Source: Candidatus Berkelbacteria bacterium (GTDB taxonomy: Bacteria > Patescibacteriota > UBA1384 > 2-12-FULL-50-11). Taken from it: DNA of 64,000 nt. The translations under genes and the position numbers were made by a program. Of this stretch, positions 47,477 through 57,379 are shown in pieces. Location of the stretch: the NCBI GenBank assembly GCA_016432625.1, contig CP066697.1:17415-81414 (forward strand), in the 5' to 3' direction. The notes beneath the pieces are model-generated. The model ran no database searches. It saw only the letters and a program-made list of their open reading frames with translations, and had not been told where the DNA came from. Numbering within the stretch: position 1 is the first letter of the stretch; the number at the start of each line of letters is the position of its first letter.

Positions 47477-47619
47477 GATTGTCTCCTTAGGCTGCCTGAG
47501 CAGCTGGGCGCAGTCTACCGGAAAACGGTCGAAAATCAAGGTGCGGCGACTCAATTTCAAGGTGAGGCTTACATTTTTTGCTCGCGGCAAAGGGTGTACG
47601 CTGATCGTAGGCTTATCTT

Positions 47620-49737
47620 ATGTCGCCCAGAGTTGAACGGAAGTATTTTCGGGCTACGGCTCTTATCCTGATCGGATTGGGCGTTGTTGTCCTGCCGTTA
47701 GCAACTTTTCTGCTCGGATGGTTCGAAAGCACAAGCGCTGATAAAAATCTGGAAAAGGTTCAAAATGGCATAGAAGCGGATAAGAATTTTGCCAAAGATC
47801 AGACAGCAGCAACGGTTGCTGAAGGGCGAATCCCGGAACTCATAGCTAAACAAGACGTCTTGGGTCTTGTAATGGCTCTGCAAGAAGAAGCCGCGGCGAA
47901 GCAGCTAAGCACAATGGTGGCCGTTAACGACGATGGCGTTGCCCTGGCTCGTTACCCGACCACCTCCAGTCGTGGCGACTTTGTCGCTCAAACTACACCT
48001 TGGGGGCGTTCAGCTGCTCAAGGCAAAGCATTAACGACCGTCGGTCCTGGGCGAAACTTCCCATTGATAGCTCTCTCAGCGCAGCCAATATTACGCGGCG
48101 GATCTGTTAGCGGTGCAGTTTACGGTGGCTTCTGGCTCGATGACGATTATGCGCAGCATTTTAAGCAGATTTATTTTGGTGAGGGCACTAATATTGAAGT
48201 CGCCTTTTTCACAGAGCTCGATGGCGTGGTTGGCAGCAGTTTCGCTTCTGAGAACGCGCGCGAATCTGTTGCGGCGTACATTAATAGCGGTTCCGATCTT
48301 GTTCGGGCTGCGGGTCTCCAAAAGCGCGTTAGGCTTGGCGATCGGCACTTCCTGGTTAAGAAAGTTGCGATCAAAACGGCAGAAAATGAAATATATGGTG
48401 GGGCGTTTGTCTTTGTGCCCCAGAACAGGGCGGTCCAACAATATGTCCTGTCGGTGATATTCGGCCTAGTTTTTGTCGCGATTATCCTGCACGTCCGCCG
48501 CAAACCTTTACGAACAGTGACCGTGGTTGACTGGCTCTGGTTGGTACTGGCAGGGTTCATCGTTGCCGCAATGACCTTTGCGGCCTACCGTATTGTTGCG
48601 CGCACTGTTGTTACCCCTATGGATAGTCCTAAACCGACGATCTACAATTCTGTACTCGGTCTTTCGCCAAATGCTGACATCGTCGACAAAAATTTCGAGA
48701 AACGCGTTGCGGTCAGACTAGCTTCTGGCGGCGAACCAGTGAACGCCGTCCAAATTGGCCTCTCATTCAACCCCGCTGTAGTGCAAGTCAGGGAACTGGT
48801 GACGACAAACTCCTTCTGTCGTCAGGATCTAATCACCCAAAGGATAGTTGATAACACGCTTGGCACGGTTGATTTTAGCTGTGGCTTGCCCACACCTGGC
48901 TTTGGCTACGGGGTTGGCACTATTGTTGAATTAGTCCTGAAGCCAGTCGCCGACGGCGAGACAGTGATAGGCTTCAACAAAAGTAAAACGAGGGTTCTGG
49001 CAAACGATGGTCTGGGTACAAATGTTTTACGAGCCGCGGCCAATGGCAGCTACAGGGTAGTCGATCTTGCAAGCTCGAGTAGTGAACCGAGTACCTCAGA
49101 GCAAACCTCTTCGGCACTTCCTTCGCTGGATAGTCTGGCTGCGCCTTTAGTTTTCTCCTCGACCCATCCTAATAGTGAAGTGTGGGTTGCTAGTCGGCGG
49201 GCAGAGTTTAGTTGGCAACCTCGGGAGGGTTACCAAGCAATTTATCGCTTGGATCAGAGTTCAAATGGCACTCCAGAGAGCGGGACCGTTACCGCTAGCG
49301 CCAGTACGGTCGTTGTACTCCCTGCCGACGGCGAACAATACTTCCACGTCGCCTGGTTAAAGGACGGCGTCATGGGGCAGGTTGCTCACTATCGAGTGAG
49401 AATTGATGAAACAGCGCCTGAGGCGCCTGTTGTTCGGGCTAGCCAAAACCGCGTCAAGGTTGGCGAGGTCGTTCGTTTTGAGTTTGCAAGCAGCGACGCT
49501 ACAAGCGGTTTGCAGGACACCTTCTATACTAAGGTTTACTTGAAGGGCCGCGAAGAACAGCTCCGCTTGCCCTCGGCTTCAACGCTCTCGGTGCCATTTG
49601 AGCAGCCAGGGACTTATTTTGTCGAGGTCAGAGCTTTTGATAACGCCGACAACTACAGTGACACTAAGTACGTCATCCAGGTTGAATCTCCTTCGCTAAT
49701 CCAGAAACTGATTGATTTTGTCCGGTCGTTAGTTTAA
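47620..49737 (+). CDS. Membrane protein with Cache-like domain, cohesin-like domain and Ig-like repeats
   Basis: VAVNDDGVALAR..LSAQPILRGGSVSGAVYGGFWL (Cache-like); SGGEPVNAVQIGLSFNP..VLANDGLGTNVL (cohesin-like); RIDETAPEAP. Confidence 0.65.
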   Translation: MSPRVERKYFRATALILIGLGVVVLPLATFLLGWFESTSADKNLEKVQNGIEADKNFAKDQTAATVAEGRIPELIAKQDVLGLVMALQEEAAAKQLSTMVAVNDDGVALARYPTTSSRGDFVAQTTPWGRSAAQGKALTTVGPGRNFPLIALSAQPILRGGSVSGAVYGGFWLDDDYAQHFKQIYFGEGTNIEVAFFTELDGVVGSSFASENARESVAAYINSGSDLVRAAGLQKRVRLGDRHFLVKKVAIKTAENEIYGGAFVFVPQNRAVQQYVLSVIFGLVFVAIILHVRRKPLRTVTVVDWLWLVLAGFIVAAMTFAAYRIVARTVVTPMDSPKPTIYNSVLGLSPNADIVDKNFEKRVAVRLASGGEPVNAVQIGLSFNPAVVQVRELVTTNSFCRQDLITQRIVDNTLGTVDFSCGLPTPGFGYGVGTIVELVLKPVADGETVIGFNKSKTRVLANDGLGTNVLRAAANGSYRVVDLASSSSEPSTSEQTSSALPSLDSLAAPLVFSSTHPNSEVWVASRRAEFSWQPREGYQAIYRLDQSSNGTPESGTVTASASTVVVLPADGEQYFHVAWLKDGVMGQVAHYRVRIDETAPEAPVVRASQNRVKVGEVVRFEFASSDATSGLQDTFYTKVYLKGREEQLRLPSASTLSVPFEQPGTYFVEVRAFDNADNYSDTKYVIQVESPSLIQKLIDFVRSLV

Positions 49738-50246
49738 CTCGGTGCGATAAGTTTTTTGACCCGCGCAATAATCGGTGCTTCGTTGATATCTTCACGCCCG
49801 GTAGACTTAAATTGTTGCTGCATTTTTTGCATCAAAAAGTTAGGCTCATGCCATTCTAGAGTGCTGCGAGCTTCAGCGTCGCCACGACGGCGACTGTTAA
49901 GATCGTCAGAAACGTATTGGCAAAGAAAATACAGGGTGGTTTTTTCGATCTTGGTATTTTTTTGAGTGAAGTGGCACAGAATACTGCCGATATATGTCTT
50001 TAAGGTCGTCTTCATGCCAAACTCTTCCATTAAGCCGCGGCTAAGCGCAACTTCTAGCGTCTCGTTAGGCTCAACGGTTTCGCGCATTAACAAGTAAACA
50101 TCGCGCTCGTAACGGGTGCCGAAAACCTCGAACGGTAACTTAGTAAAGTGATGACTGCAGATTTTACCTTCATCATTAATGACAACAGCCCCGATGCTGA
50201 GGTGGCTCTGGCCATTGTCCTTCCAGGAAAAATAATTAGCTGCCAT
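49734..50246 (-). CDS. NUDIX hydrolase-like protein
   Basis: SIGAVVIN, ETVEPNETLEVALSRGLMEEFG (degenerate Nudix box). Confidence 0.75.
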   Translation of the reverse strand: MAANYFSWKDNGQSHLSIGAVVINDEGKICSHHFTKLPFEVFGTRYERDVYLLMRETVEPNETLEVALSRGLMEEFGMKTTLKTYIGSILCHFTQKNTKIEKTTLYFLCQYVSDDLNSRRRGDAEARSTLEWHEPNFLMQKMQQQFKSTGREDINEAPIIARVKKLIAPS

Positions 50247-50331
50247 GAGCTCATATTAGGGTTAGCGCCATATAATGTCGAGATAAGTAAATGGGCCCGG
50301 GGTATTCCCCGGGCCCACTGATGAGGCTTTC

Positions 50332-51309
50332 TCACACGCAAAGCCCTCGAAGCGTCTCTTCGGTGTCGGTTAAACGCTCGTCCTGCTTCGCAATGGCAAG
50401 GTCGAGCTCCCTGACTTGCTGCAGGTGTCGATCCTTATCGCGAAGGGCGGCGTCGCGGAGCTTAACGAGCGTTGCTGCCTCCCGCTGAAGCTGTTCGATC
50501 CGTTCATGACGGCGAACTTCTTCTTGGTCCTCGACATACTCGCCGAATAGAACCGTGGGCAGGAAGACCTGGTCCTTGATTCCCGGAACAGGTTCGAGTA
50601 CGCCAAGCTTGACGAGCTCGTTGACCAACGCCTGGGTGATGTTCGAGTTCTCGAACCGCACATGCATCAGTCGGCTGATTTCCTGGCAAATGGCACCGTA
50701 GCCAACGCCTGCGAGGCAGTCTGAGCGATCGTTTAACGCCGCACAGAGCTGCTGCAAGAAAGCTCGCTTCTTGACAGCCCTGACGTATTGCAGTGTCTGA
50801 TCGAGCCGCTGGGCTCGTTCTCGCCGCTTCCTGCCGACAATCGCTTCGGGACCGTCGGGCACCTCTTTGGTGAGGGACGCCATTGGGTCGTGCTTGCCCA
50901 GATGTAGCTGGGCTGCCGGACGGGCGCGGACGAGAATCTCGTCGATCCGTCCAGGGTCAGGGTGAACGAGGTGGCACAGCCAGTGATAGCGGCTTTGCTC
51001 GTCGGTCACTTTCCTTCCAGGTTTTGGACGAATCCTAACCTGAAGGCTTGATTGGTTATATTCAGGGCGACAGATCACCACCAGGCCGGTGAATGATCGA
51101 CTACCCGGAATGCGACGGCATTCGACTTGCAACTCAAGCTCAAGCGTCTCCTCGACGTCTGGAGCAATCGTATTCAGCCATTCTGTTGCCGTCTCCTCGA
51201 GCGCCACAAGCGGCGGCTTAATGTCGTGTTGACCTTGCGGCCGACCGTTACTCACTGTGACACGGTGTTGAGGCCTCGGCTTACGACTACGATTAAAGAT
51301 AGTTAGCAA
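50332..51309 (-). CDS. Hypothetical protein with C-terminal coiled coil
   Basis: Long ORF, GGAG SD, followed by hairpin 50292-50317. Confidence 0.6.
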   Translation of the reverse strand: MLTIFNRSRKPRPQHRVTVSNGRPQGQHDIKPPLVALEETATEWLNTIAPDVEETLELELQVECRRIPGSRSFTGLVVICRPEYNQSSLQVRIRPKPGRKVTDEQSRYHWLCHLVHPDPGRIDEILVRARPAAQLHLGKHDPMASLTKEVPDGPEAIVGRKRRERAQRLDQTLQYVRAVKKRAFLQQLCAALNDRSDCLAGVGYGAICQEISRLMHVRFENSNITQALVNELVKLGVLEPVPGIKDQVFLPTVLFGEYVEDQEEVRRHERIEQLQREAATLVKLRDAALRDKDRHLQQVRELDLAIAKQDERLTDTEETLRGLCV

Positions 51310-51436
51310 CTAGGTCTTCTCCGATGAAAGGATCAGCTCCTGAGTCGAAACTCAGTAGTTGTCCGCTTCATTTTACTGCCAAACGGAAACTAAATCCACC
51401 ACTTAAGGGGGCATTTTAGCTAATCTCGGCCTGGAT

Positions 51437-52219
51437 CTAACGGCAGTAATCACTAGTTTTGCCGCTGGTAGAATCGCCGCCGGGTAAGGCTTTGAGTACT
51501 GCTGACTCAGCTGCCGGGAGCCAATCTAGCCAACAAACGGCATAGATCGCCTGGTCGCCTTCTTCTTTGTGAGCAGCAACCCATGACGAATCTTCGGAAG
51601 CCGCATTCTTCTGACGCTTGTCGTAAAGACCGAAGTCAAACGACGCGTTCGGACCCTCCGGGGCGCCGGGCGGACTATTCTCAAATCCAACCGCTGTGGC
51701 AATTATTTCGCCCGCCTCAACACTGACGTTGGAAACACGGCTGGTTCTTGAGTTATCTACCTCTGCTTCGGGCAACTTGTCGGCTGCCGCTTGAAGTTTG
51801 GGCGAGAGCGTCTTCAAATGGTCAAACCGATATTCCAGGCCACAGTCGGTCTTGAAGTCAAACATATACTGCAGCTCATCCATCTCTATGTAGCGGCTAC
51901 CACCCGTGACTTTGGCTGCTAACGGTGCCACAACATTGGCCAGGTTGTTGTCGGTATTATTCAACCTGAAGCCACCGTGTGGTTTGAAGTCGCCGCCGCG
52001 TACTTGCCCTGGGTAAAGAACGCTCGTAACTAACGAAACATCCACAGGTGACTTCAAAGCAGTCGGGCTGCAGGCAGCCTGAGTATTGGTTGCGTTCGAG
52101 CTTGTCTCGGGTGAGGCAGGGGAGCTTTTATGTCCGGTACTGAGGTAGATTGCTAGCCCAGCAAACAAGATCACCAAAGGCAAAGCGATGAAAATAAACA
52201 TCCGTCGCGTCGGGCTCAT
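51437..52219 (-). CDS. Membrane-anchored M23/LytM-like (duplicated hybrid fold) protein
   Basis: N-terminal TM, KPHGGFR, VVAPLAAKV, YRFDHL, VEAGEIIAT. Confidence 0.55.
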   Translation of the reverse strand: MSPTRRMFIFIALPLVILFAGLAIYLSTGHKSSPASPETSSNATNTQAACSPTALKSPVDVSLVTSVLYPGQVRGGDFKPHGGFRLNNTDNNLANVVAPLAAKVTGGSRYIEMDELQYMFDFKTDCGLEYRFDHLKTLSPKLQAAADKLPEAEVDNSRTSRVSNVSVEAGEIIATAVGFENSPPGAPEGPNASFDFGLYDKRQKNAASEDSSWVAAHKEEGDQAIYAVCWLDWLPAAESAVLKALPGGDSTSGKTSDYCR

Positions 52220-52251
52220 AAAATTATCGTAACCGGCTTATGAAAAACTGT

Positions 52252-53382
52252 CTATTTCGCGCTGCGGTGGGCACTGCCGACAGCTTGGCTAAGCGTGCTA
52301 TAGCCGTCACGTTTCAACAAGCGCACCAGGCCGCGGTTAATCTCGCCGATAAGTTGGGGTCCGTTGTAGACCATTCCAGTAATGAGTTGAACGAGCGTCG
52401 CCCCGCGCCTAATTTTTTCATAGGCGTCCTCGGCGCTGAAAATGCCCCCAACGCCTATCAGGGCGAATCTATCGCCCGACTTTTCATAGATGTAAGACAG
52501 CAAGTCGTTAGACAACTCCTCAACGACCTTGCCGCTGATACCGCCAGGCCCAGGAATCACCTTCTCGACAATTTTTGCCCGTATTTTTTTATTGTCACGG
52601 TCCTTAGTCAGGTTGGCGCAAACTAGGCCACTGACTTGGTATTTTGTACAAATCTCTAGAATTCTATCTACTTGTTCACACGCCAAGTCCGGCGGTAGTT
52701 TGACGAAGACAGGCTTTTTAGTCGGAACGGTTCGCAGCTCGTCGAGTAAGGTCTCAAGCCGGGCGACGTCATTGAACGGTTGGCCGCCGAAAGCGTTCGG
52801 GCAACTGATGTTAACAGTGGTGTAGTCGCCGATGTCGCTGAAGGCCTTAAAGCTCTTTAAGTAGTCCTCGACGCCGGCCTTATCTTGGGCGGTCGCTTGG
52901 ATATTCGCTTTGGCGACGCTCGTTCCAACGGGAAGCGTAAAACTTTTGTTTTTCAGTCGTTTGGCAACGGCGGCACTGCCCGTACTATTAAGGCCGTAAT
53001 TAACGACAAGAGCCTTTGAGGCTCTCAAGCGCCACAGGCGTGGTTTGGCATTCCCTAGGCTAGGTAGACCTGTGATTGAACCGATTTCGGCGTGCCCAAA
53101 ACCAACTGCTGGTAGGATGTCGACGAGCAGCCCCTCTTTGTCGAAACCCGCCGCGAGGCCAACCGGATTAGAAAACCTAATGCCGCATACAACTTGTTCC
53201 AACATCGGGTGGTCGTAACGTAAGGCGAATCTAACTATCCATCTCCAGAAAGCCGAGTGGCCAAGCTTGATGCCAACCTGGGTCATGCGGTCGTGCACTT
53301 TCTCGGCGTCGTGGGCAAAAAAATAGGGCTTCATCGCCCCTCGATATATTCCGCCAATTATTCTTGCCAAGACTGTTTGCAT
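52252..53382 (-). CDS. pyrD: Dihydroorotate dehydrogenase (quinone, class 2)
   Basis: NPVGLAAGFDK, GNAKPRLWRL, VNISCPN, VKLPPD, GGISG, IGVGGI, GATLVQLITG. Confidence 0.95.
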   Translation of the reverse strand: MQTVLARIIGGIYRGAMKPYFFAHDAEKVHDRMTQVGIKLGHSAFWRWIVRFALRYDHPMLEQVVCGIRFSNPVGLAAGFDKEGLLVDILPAVGFGHAEIGSITGLPSLGNAKPRLWRLRASKALVVNYGLNSTGSAAVAKRLKNKSFTLPVGTSVAKANIQATAQDKAGVEDYLKSFKAFSDIGDYTTVNISCPNAFGGQPFNDVARLETLLDELRTVPTKKPVFVKLPPDLACEQVDRILEICTKYQVSGLVCANLTKDRDNKKIRAKIVEKVIPGPGGISGKVVEELSNDLLSYIYEKSGDRFALIGVGGIFSAEDAYEKIRRGATLVQLITGMVYNGPQLIGEINRGLVRLLKRDGYSTLSQAVGSAHRSAK

Positions 53383-53406
53383 GATTTAATTCTATTCTCA
53401 AACCAA

Positions 53407-53504
53407 GCTAGCGGAAACTCTTTTTGGCTTCGCGGAGCCGCGTAGGCGAGCGGGAGCGCAAAAGCTAGCAGGGTTTTGACGCGGCCGAAAGGGTTTTCGC
53501 TGGC
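53407..53504. repeat. Palindromic dispersed element, copy 2
   Basis: gctagcggaaactc...gggttttcgctggc outer stem; cgagcgggagcgcaaaa and ttttgacgcggccgaaa identical to the reverse complement of 30739-30823. Confidence 0.75.
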
Positions 53505-53507
53505 GTA

Positions 53508-53756
53508 CTACCCTTCACGCTCCACACCGACAGTGCACTCGCTAACAAGCGCGGCAATGGCACCAATGGCAGCCAGTACCGGCGCAATGACGGCGCCGAT
53601 CACTCCAACAGTTAAGGGCATTTGTACTAATGTCTTCCCGTCCTTGTCTTTAATAGTAATGGAACGAACATTCCCCTCTTTAATTAGCTGCTTAACTTTC
53701 TTCAGAACGTCTTCGCCGCTAACTTTGAATTCTTCATAATGTTGTTTCTTCGCCAT
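53508..53756 (-). CDS. DUF4342 domain protein
   Basis: EEFKVSGEDVLKKVKQLIKEGNVRSI, PLTVGVIG, CTVGVER. Confidence 0.85.
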   Translation of the reverse strand: MAKKQHYEEFKVSGEDVLKKVKQLIKEGNVRSITIKDKDGKTLVQMPLTVGVIGAVIAPVLAAIGAIAALVSECTVGVEREG

Positions 53757-53865
53757 TAAATCCTTTCGGGTACATTCCACGCCTATTAGGTATTAGTGTC
53801 AATGGATGCCTAAATAGTGAAACGCCGCCTGGTTTAACCAGACGGCGTTTGGTTTCTCGAGCTTC

Positions 53866-54846
53866 TTATGCCCAGGAATAGGGCATGAGTTCGCCCTTGA
53901 TGGCGGCCTCGATGTTATCGATCATCATGTCGAACGATCTTTCGGCCGAAACGTCAGTGAAGTGAGCGATCTGTGGCGTTGCCAAGATCGCGGGGTGATC
54001 CTTCACCTCCAGGTAAGTGGGCGCGGTCTCGTCGCCCGGAGCGCGGTTGCCGATGTCAATGGCCGCCACGTACAGATGATTGCTATCGAGCGCGGCCAGC
54101 AGGTCGGGAATAACCCAGACCCCACCGGTCGAAGCCGGGCTGGTCATTGTGACGAAGACACTTCCCGACCGCATCGACTGAAAGAACTCAGCATTGAGCA
54201 TCCCCTGGTTTTCGGGATTGCTGCTGAGGCAGTTGACCACAACATCGGCATCAGCCACCGCAAGCGTCAGGTCACTCTGACAACTTGGAGCCGAGGAGGC
54301 ATCCTCTTTGTGACGACAGAAGTTTGTGACCTCCATGTCGAAAGGCTGGGCGCGTTTGATGACCTCTTTGCCGACGTGGCCGTTGCCCCCAAGGACCGTC
54401 AGCTTCTTGCCGATCAGACTGCGCTTCCTCTGTAAGATGTCCCCATCCTCGTCGTGAGGAAGGCGGTAGATGCCCAGTATCGCCAGCATCACCCACTCCG
54501 CAACAGAGCCGGCGTTGCAGCCGGGCGCGTAGCCAAGGTTTATCCCCGCTTCACGCACTCTGTCCTTTGGGAATAGATTGACGTTGACGAACGGGAACGA
54601 CACGCAGCTACCTGCCTCCAGGTGGTACAGCGCATAGTCGTCCTTCGGGCCGTCGTCCTTAACTGGCCAGGTCATCCCTGACTTACCGGAGCAGACGAAC
54701 TCGAAGCCTTTGCAGCGCTCTAGCCACTCGGCGGCGGTTGCTGGTTCCGAATCGTGGTAGCTGACTACCAGTTGGCGTCCCAAACGGTTCTTCTGCTCTT
54801 CGCTAAGATCCAGGGGACTAGTGACAACGATTGATTTCGAACTCAT
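53866..54846 (-). CDS. D-isomer-specific 2-hydroxyacid dehydrogenase family protein
   Basis: APGCNAGSVAE, LIGKKLTVLGGNGHVG, ATPQIAH; hairpin 53820-53850 downstream. Confidence 0.8.
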   Translation of the reverse strand: MSSKSIVVTSPLDLSEEQKNRLGRQLVVSYHDSEPATAAEWLERCKGFEFVCSGKSGMTWPVKDDGPKDDYALYHLEAGSCVSFPFVNVNLFPKDRVREAGINLGYAPGCNAGSVAEWVMLAILGIYRLPHDEDGDILQRKRSLIGKKLTVLGGNGHVGKEVIKRAQPFDMEVTNFCRHKEDASSAPSCQSDLTLAVADADVVVNCLSSNPENQGMLNAEFFQSMRSGSVFVTMTSPASTGGVWVIPDLLAALDSNHLYVAAIDIGNRAPGDETAPTYLEVKDHPAILATPQIAHFTDVSAERSFDMMIDNIEAAIKGELMPYSWA

Positions 54847-55003
54847 TCTTCTTCTTCCTCCTGTCGCACCAAAAACGAACCGCTAGACGGCAGTTAAGGT
54901 GCGATGATTAGAGGGATTGTAGCGGAATATTAGCCCAAACTCAATCAGTTGAGCGGTAATGTGGCGATGCCGTCGCTCGAGGGCGACGGCATCTGGATGA
55001 CGG

Positions 55004-55429
55004 TTAGGTTGTGGCGACTCGCTCCCTGGTTCGAGCAATCTTGGTGATTGCTGCCAGGACTTCCCCATGCAGAGTAGCCACGTGAGCGAGCTGGTCCTTA
55101 TTTCCCCTGGGGATTAGTACCACAACTGGTTCTTGGAAGGCGCGACGGATGGAGAAGAACTTCTCCTTGGTCACTTCCTCTTTGCGAACCCGCATACGCT
55201 TGACGACTCTGCCCATCTCATCGTCAGTCGGATGCTTGATGAGGATATCGGGGTCTGTCGCTGAATCATTCAGCACGAGGCGGATATTTCCTGGCAGGCA
55301 GTAACCCCGAGCTACCCCTCGATGGTCGTGACGCAGCCCGTGGCTTAGATCGGTGCGGAGTGTTGTGGCAAGTTTGCCGGTTACGTCGGCAAAGGCGATG
55401 ACGATCATGATCGGTGATTTTTGGCTCAT
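55004..55429 (-). CDS. Hypothetical protein
   Basis: AGGAG SD; hairpin 54966-54993 downstream. Confidence 0.6.
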   Translation of the reverse strand: MSQKSPIMIVIAFADVTGKLATTLRTDLSHGLRHDHRGVARGYCLPGNIRLVLNDSATDPDILIKHPTDDEMGRVVKRMRVRKEEVTKEKFFSIRRAFQEPVVVLIPRGNKDQLAHVATLHGEVLAAITKIARTRERVATT

Positions 55430-55581
55430 AGGTACTAGCTCCTGAATACTGTGGAGCTATTTTAAGCTTAAGATTGTTTAGTATCAAGGCTAGCGCCTTC
55501 ATTTATAGTCAAATTTTTGCTATATTTATCCGCGTCTTTACCTTCAGCAATCAGCTAGTGGGTGGAGCGAGGAATTAGAAA

Positions 55582-55920
55582 TTGGAAACCCAAGCATTCG
55601 CCGTTGTCTTTGCTTATGACCCCCAGAGGAACGACTACAAGAGCGCCAAGGCGATCGAAGACGAGATCGAGTCTGGCCAGCTCACCAGCGTCTACGCCGT
55701 CAGCGGTCGCAGCGCGGGTGTCTGTACCCGCAAGTCCGACAAGGCCGTTCCGGTCAAGGAGTGGTTCCCTGAGGGCGCCCAGGCCATCGAGAAAGTGAAC
55801 CTCGATCGTGTTCATCTCGTCGATGAGTCGGTCGAAATGGCTGACAAGACCTGGTGCGTCAAGCTAATCGCTGATGTCAGCTACAACATCGCCGACGTCG
55901 TCACCCCACCGGCCGACTAG
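55582..55920 (+). CDS. Hypothetical protein
   Basis: GAGGA SD, TTG start, strong C/G third-position bias; hairpin 55944-55969 downstream. Confidence 0.6.
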   Translation: METQAFAVVFAYDPQRNDYKSAKAIEDEIESGQLTSVYAVSGRSAGVCTRKSDKAVPVKEWFPEGAQAIEKVNLDRVHLVDESVEMADKTWCVKLIADVSYNIADVVTPPAD

Positions 55921-56032
55921 GCCAACTCGTCCCGCCTCCCAAGCGCCGCAGGTTCTTACACCTGCGGCGTCTTTGTGTTAGAATTTCCTCCAACCAAAGT
56001 GTGATTGGTAGAACACTAGGAGGTTCTTTCTC

Positions 56033-56425
56033 ATGAGATTGGGTAAACAACCCAAAACCGCATCGAACTCGTCGGCTCAACCGACGACTGAGTCTAAAGA
56101 GTCGACGGAGGCTTCCTCGGCGACTAAGCCAGCCTCGAAGCAGTCGATCCTGGCTATTCTCCTCCTGCCGTTTACGCTTGTGGCGTCGGTCTTTAGCACG
56201 CTAAAGTCGTTGACGCTGACGATCGTCTGGGCGGCGCTGGCGATACTGGCGCTCCTATTCGGCTTCATCGCCATGGGGGTCGCGTCGAGCGCGCCGAGCG
56301 GTAGCCTTCAGATTGCGATTACCTGGAACACGTTTGTCGTTCTGACAGCCGGTTTCCTGGTTCTGGCACTCCTCGACCTGGCGAAAGATGGTGGCATGGC
56401 GCTGCTTGAGCGCTTTCGACGCTGA
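56033..56425 (+). CDS. Hypothetical membrane protein
   Basis: AGGAGG SD, Ser/Thr-rich N-terminus then hydrophobic helices; hairpin 56462-56493 downstream. Confidence 0.65.
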   Translation: MRLGKQPKTASNSSAQPTTESKESTEASSATKPASKQSILAILLLPFTLVASVFSTLKSLTLTIVWAALAILALLFGFIAMGVASSAPSGSLQIAITWNTFVVLTAGFLVLALLDLAKDGGMALLERFRR

Positions 56426-56542
56426 TCGAGCTCGATAGCGGCGGCGTGTCCGACGCACTTCAAACAGCCGCAAGGATTTTCCTGCGGCTGTTTCTTTTAT
56501 GGTAAGATTCTGCGATAGCATTGCTGTTCCCGGAGGAGCCCT

Positions 56543-57352
56543 TTGACAACAAACAATAACTTCGTTAAATGCCCGGCATGCAAGACGACTGACTTCAAAG
56601 GGCATCTCAAACAGAAGCTCTGGGTATGTCAACGCTGCCACTACCACTTCCCTCTGCCAGCTCGAGTGCGAGTGGCCCAACTTACTGACGAAGAGTCTTT
56701 TAACGAGCTCTTCACCGACATCACCGCTGCTGACCCACTCGGGTTCCCCGAGTACCAGGACAAGTTGTTACGCTCCAAGGAACGGACGGGCCTAAACTGC
56801 GCCGTACTCACCGGTACGGCCACGGTTACTGGCTTGCCATGCGCCTTGGCTGTTTTCGACTTCTTCTTTATCGGCGGCACGCTTGGCGGCGCTGAGGGCG
56901 AGAAGCTTTGCCGCCTCTTCGAGCACGCATGTGACAGTCAGCTGCCGATTATCGTCTTCTTGGCGAGCGGCGGTATGCGGATGCAAGAGGGGTTGAATTC
57001 GCTGATGCAGATGCCCAAAACTGTGGCGACGTTAGGTAGAGTTATCGAGCGCAAACTCCGATATTTGGTGGTCTTCACCGACCCCTCTTATGGCGGCGCT
57101 ACGGCCAGCTTTGCCTCTGTCCCTTACGGCTTGAAAATCGCTGAGCCAAGGGCGCGCATCGGCTTTGCGGGACCGGAGGTGGCTAAGACCATCTATCCGC
57201 GTGACGTAGAGAAGCTGCGGCATATCCAGACTCCGGAAGCGAAGATATATCCTGCGGAAGGTATGGACACGTCGCAGATCGACTCGATCGTGCCGCGAGC
57301 CAACCTCAAGCATTTCATCGCTAGCTTCCTTAGTGGCAAGGGCACAGCCTAA
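56543..57352 (+). CDS. accD: Acetyl-CoA carboxylase carboxyltransferase beta subunit
   Basis: CPAC..CQRCH zinc finger, DPLGF, FIGGTLG, SGGMRMQEG..SLMQM, GGATAS, AEPRARIGFAGP. Confidence 0.9.
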   Translation: MTTNNNFVKCPACKTTDFKGHLKQKLWVCQRCHYHFPLPARVRVAQLTDEESFNELFTDITAADPLGFPEYQDKLLRSKERTGLNCAVLTGTATVTGLPCALAVFDFFFIGGTLGGAEGEKLCRLFEHACDSQLPIIVFLASGGMRMQEGLNSLMQMPKTVATLGRVIERKLRYLVVFTDPSYGGATASFASVPYGLKIAEPRARIGFAGPEVAKTIYPRDVEKLRHIQTPEAKIYPAEGMDTSQIDSIVPRANLKHFIASFLSGKGTA

Positions 57353-57379
57353 CCGCGATCTCGAATTGGCCGCAGGGAT

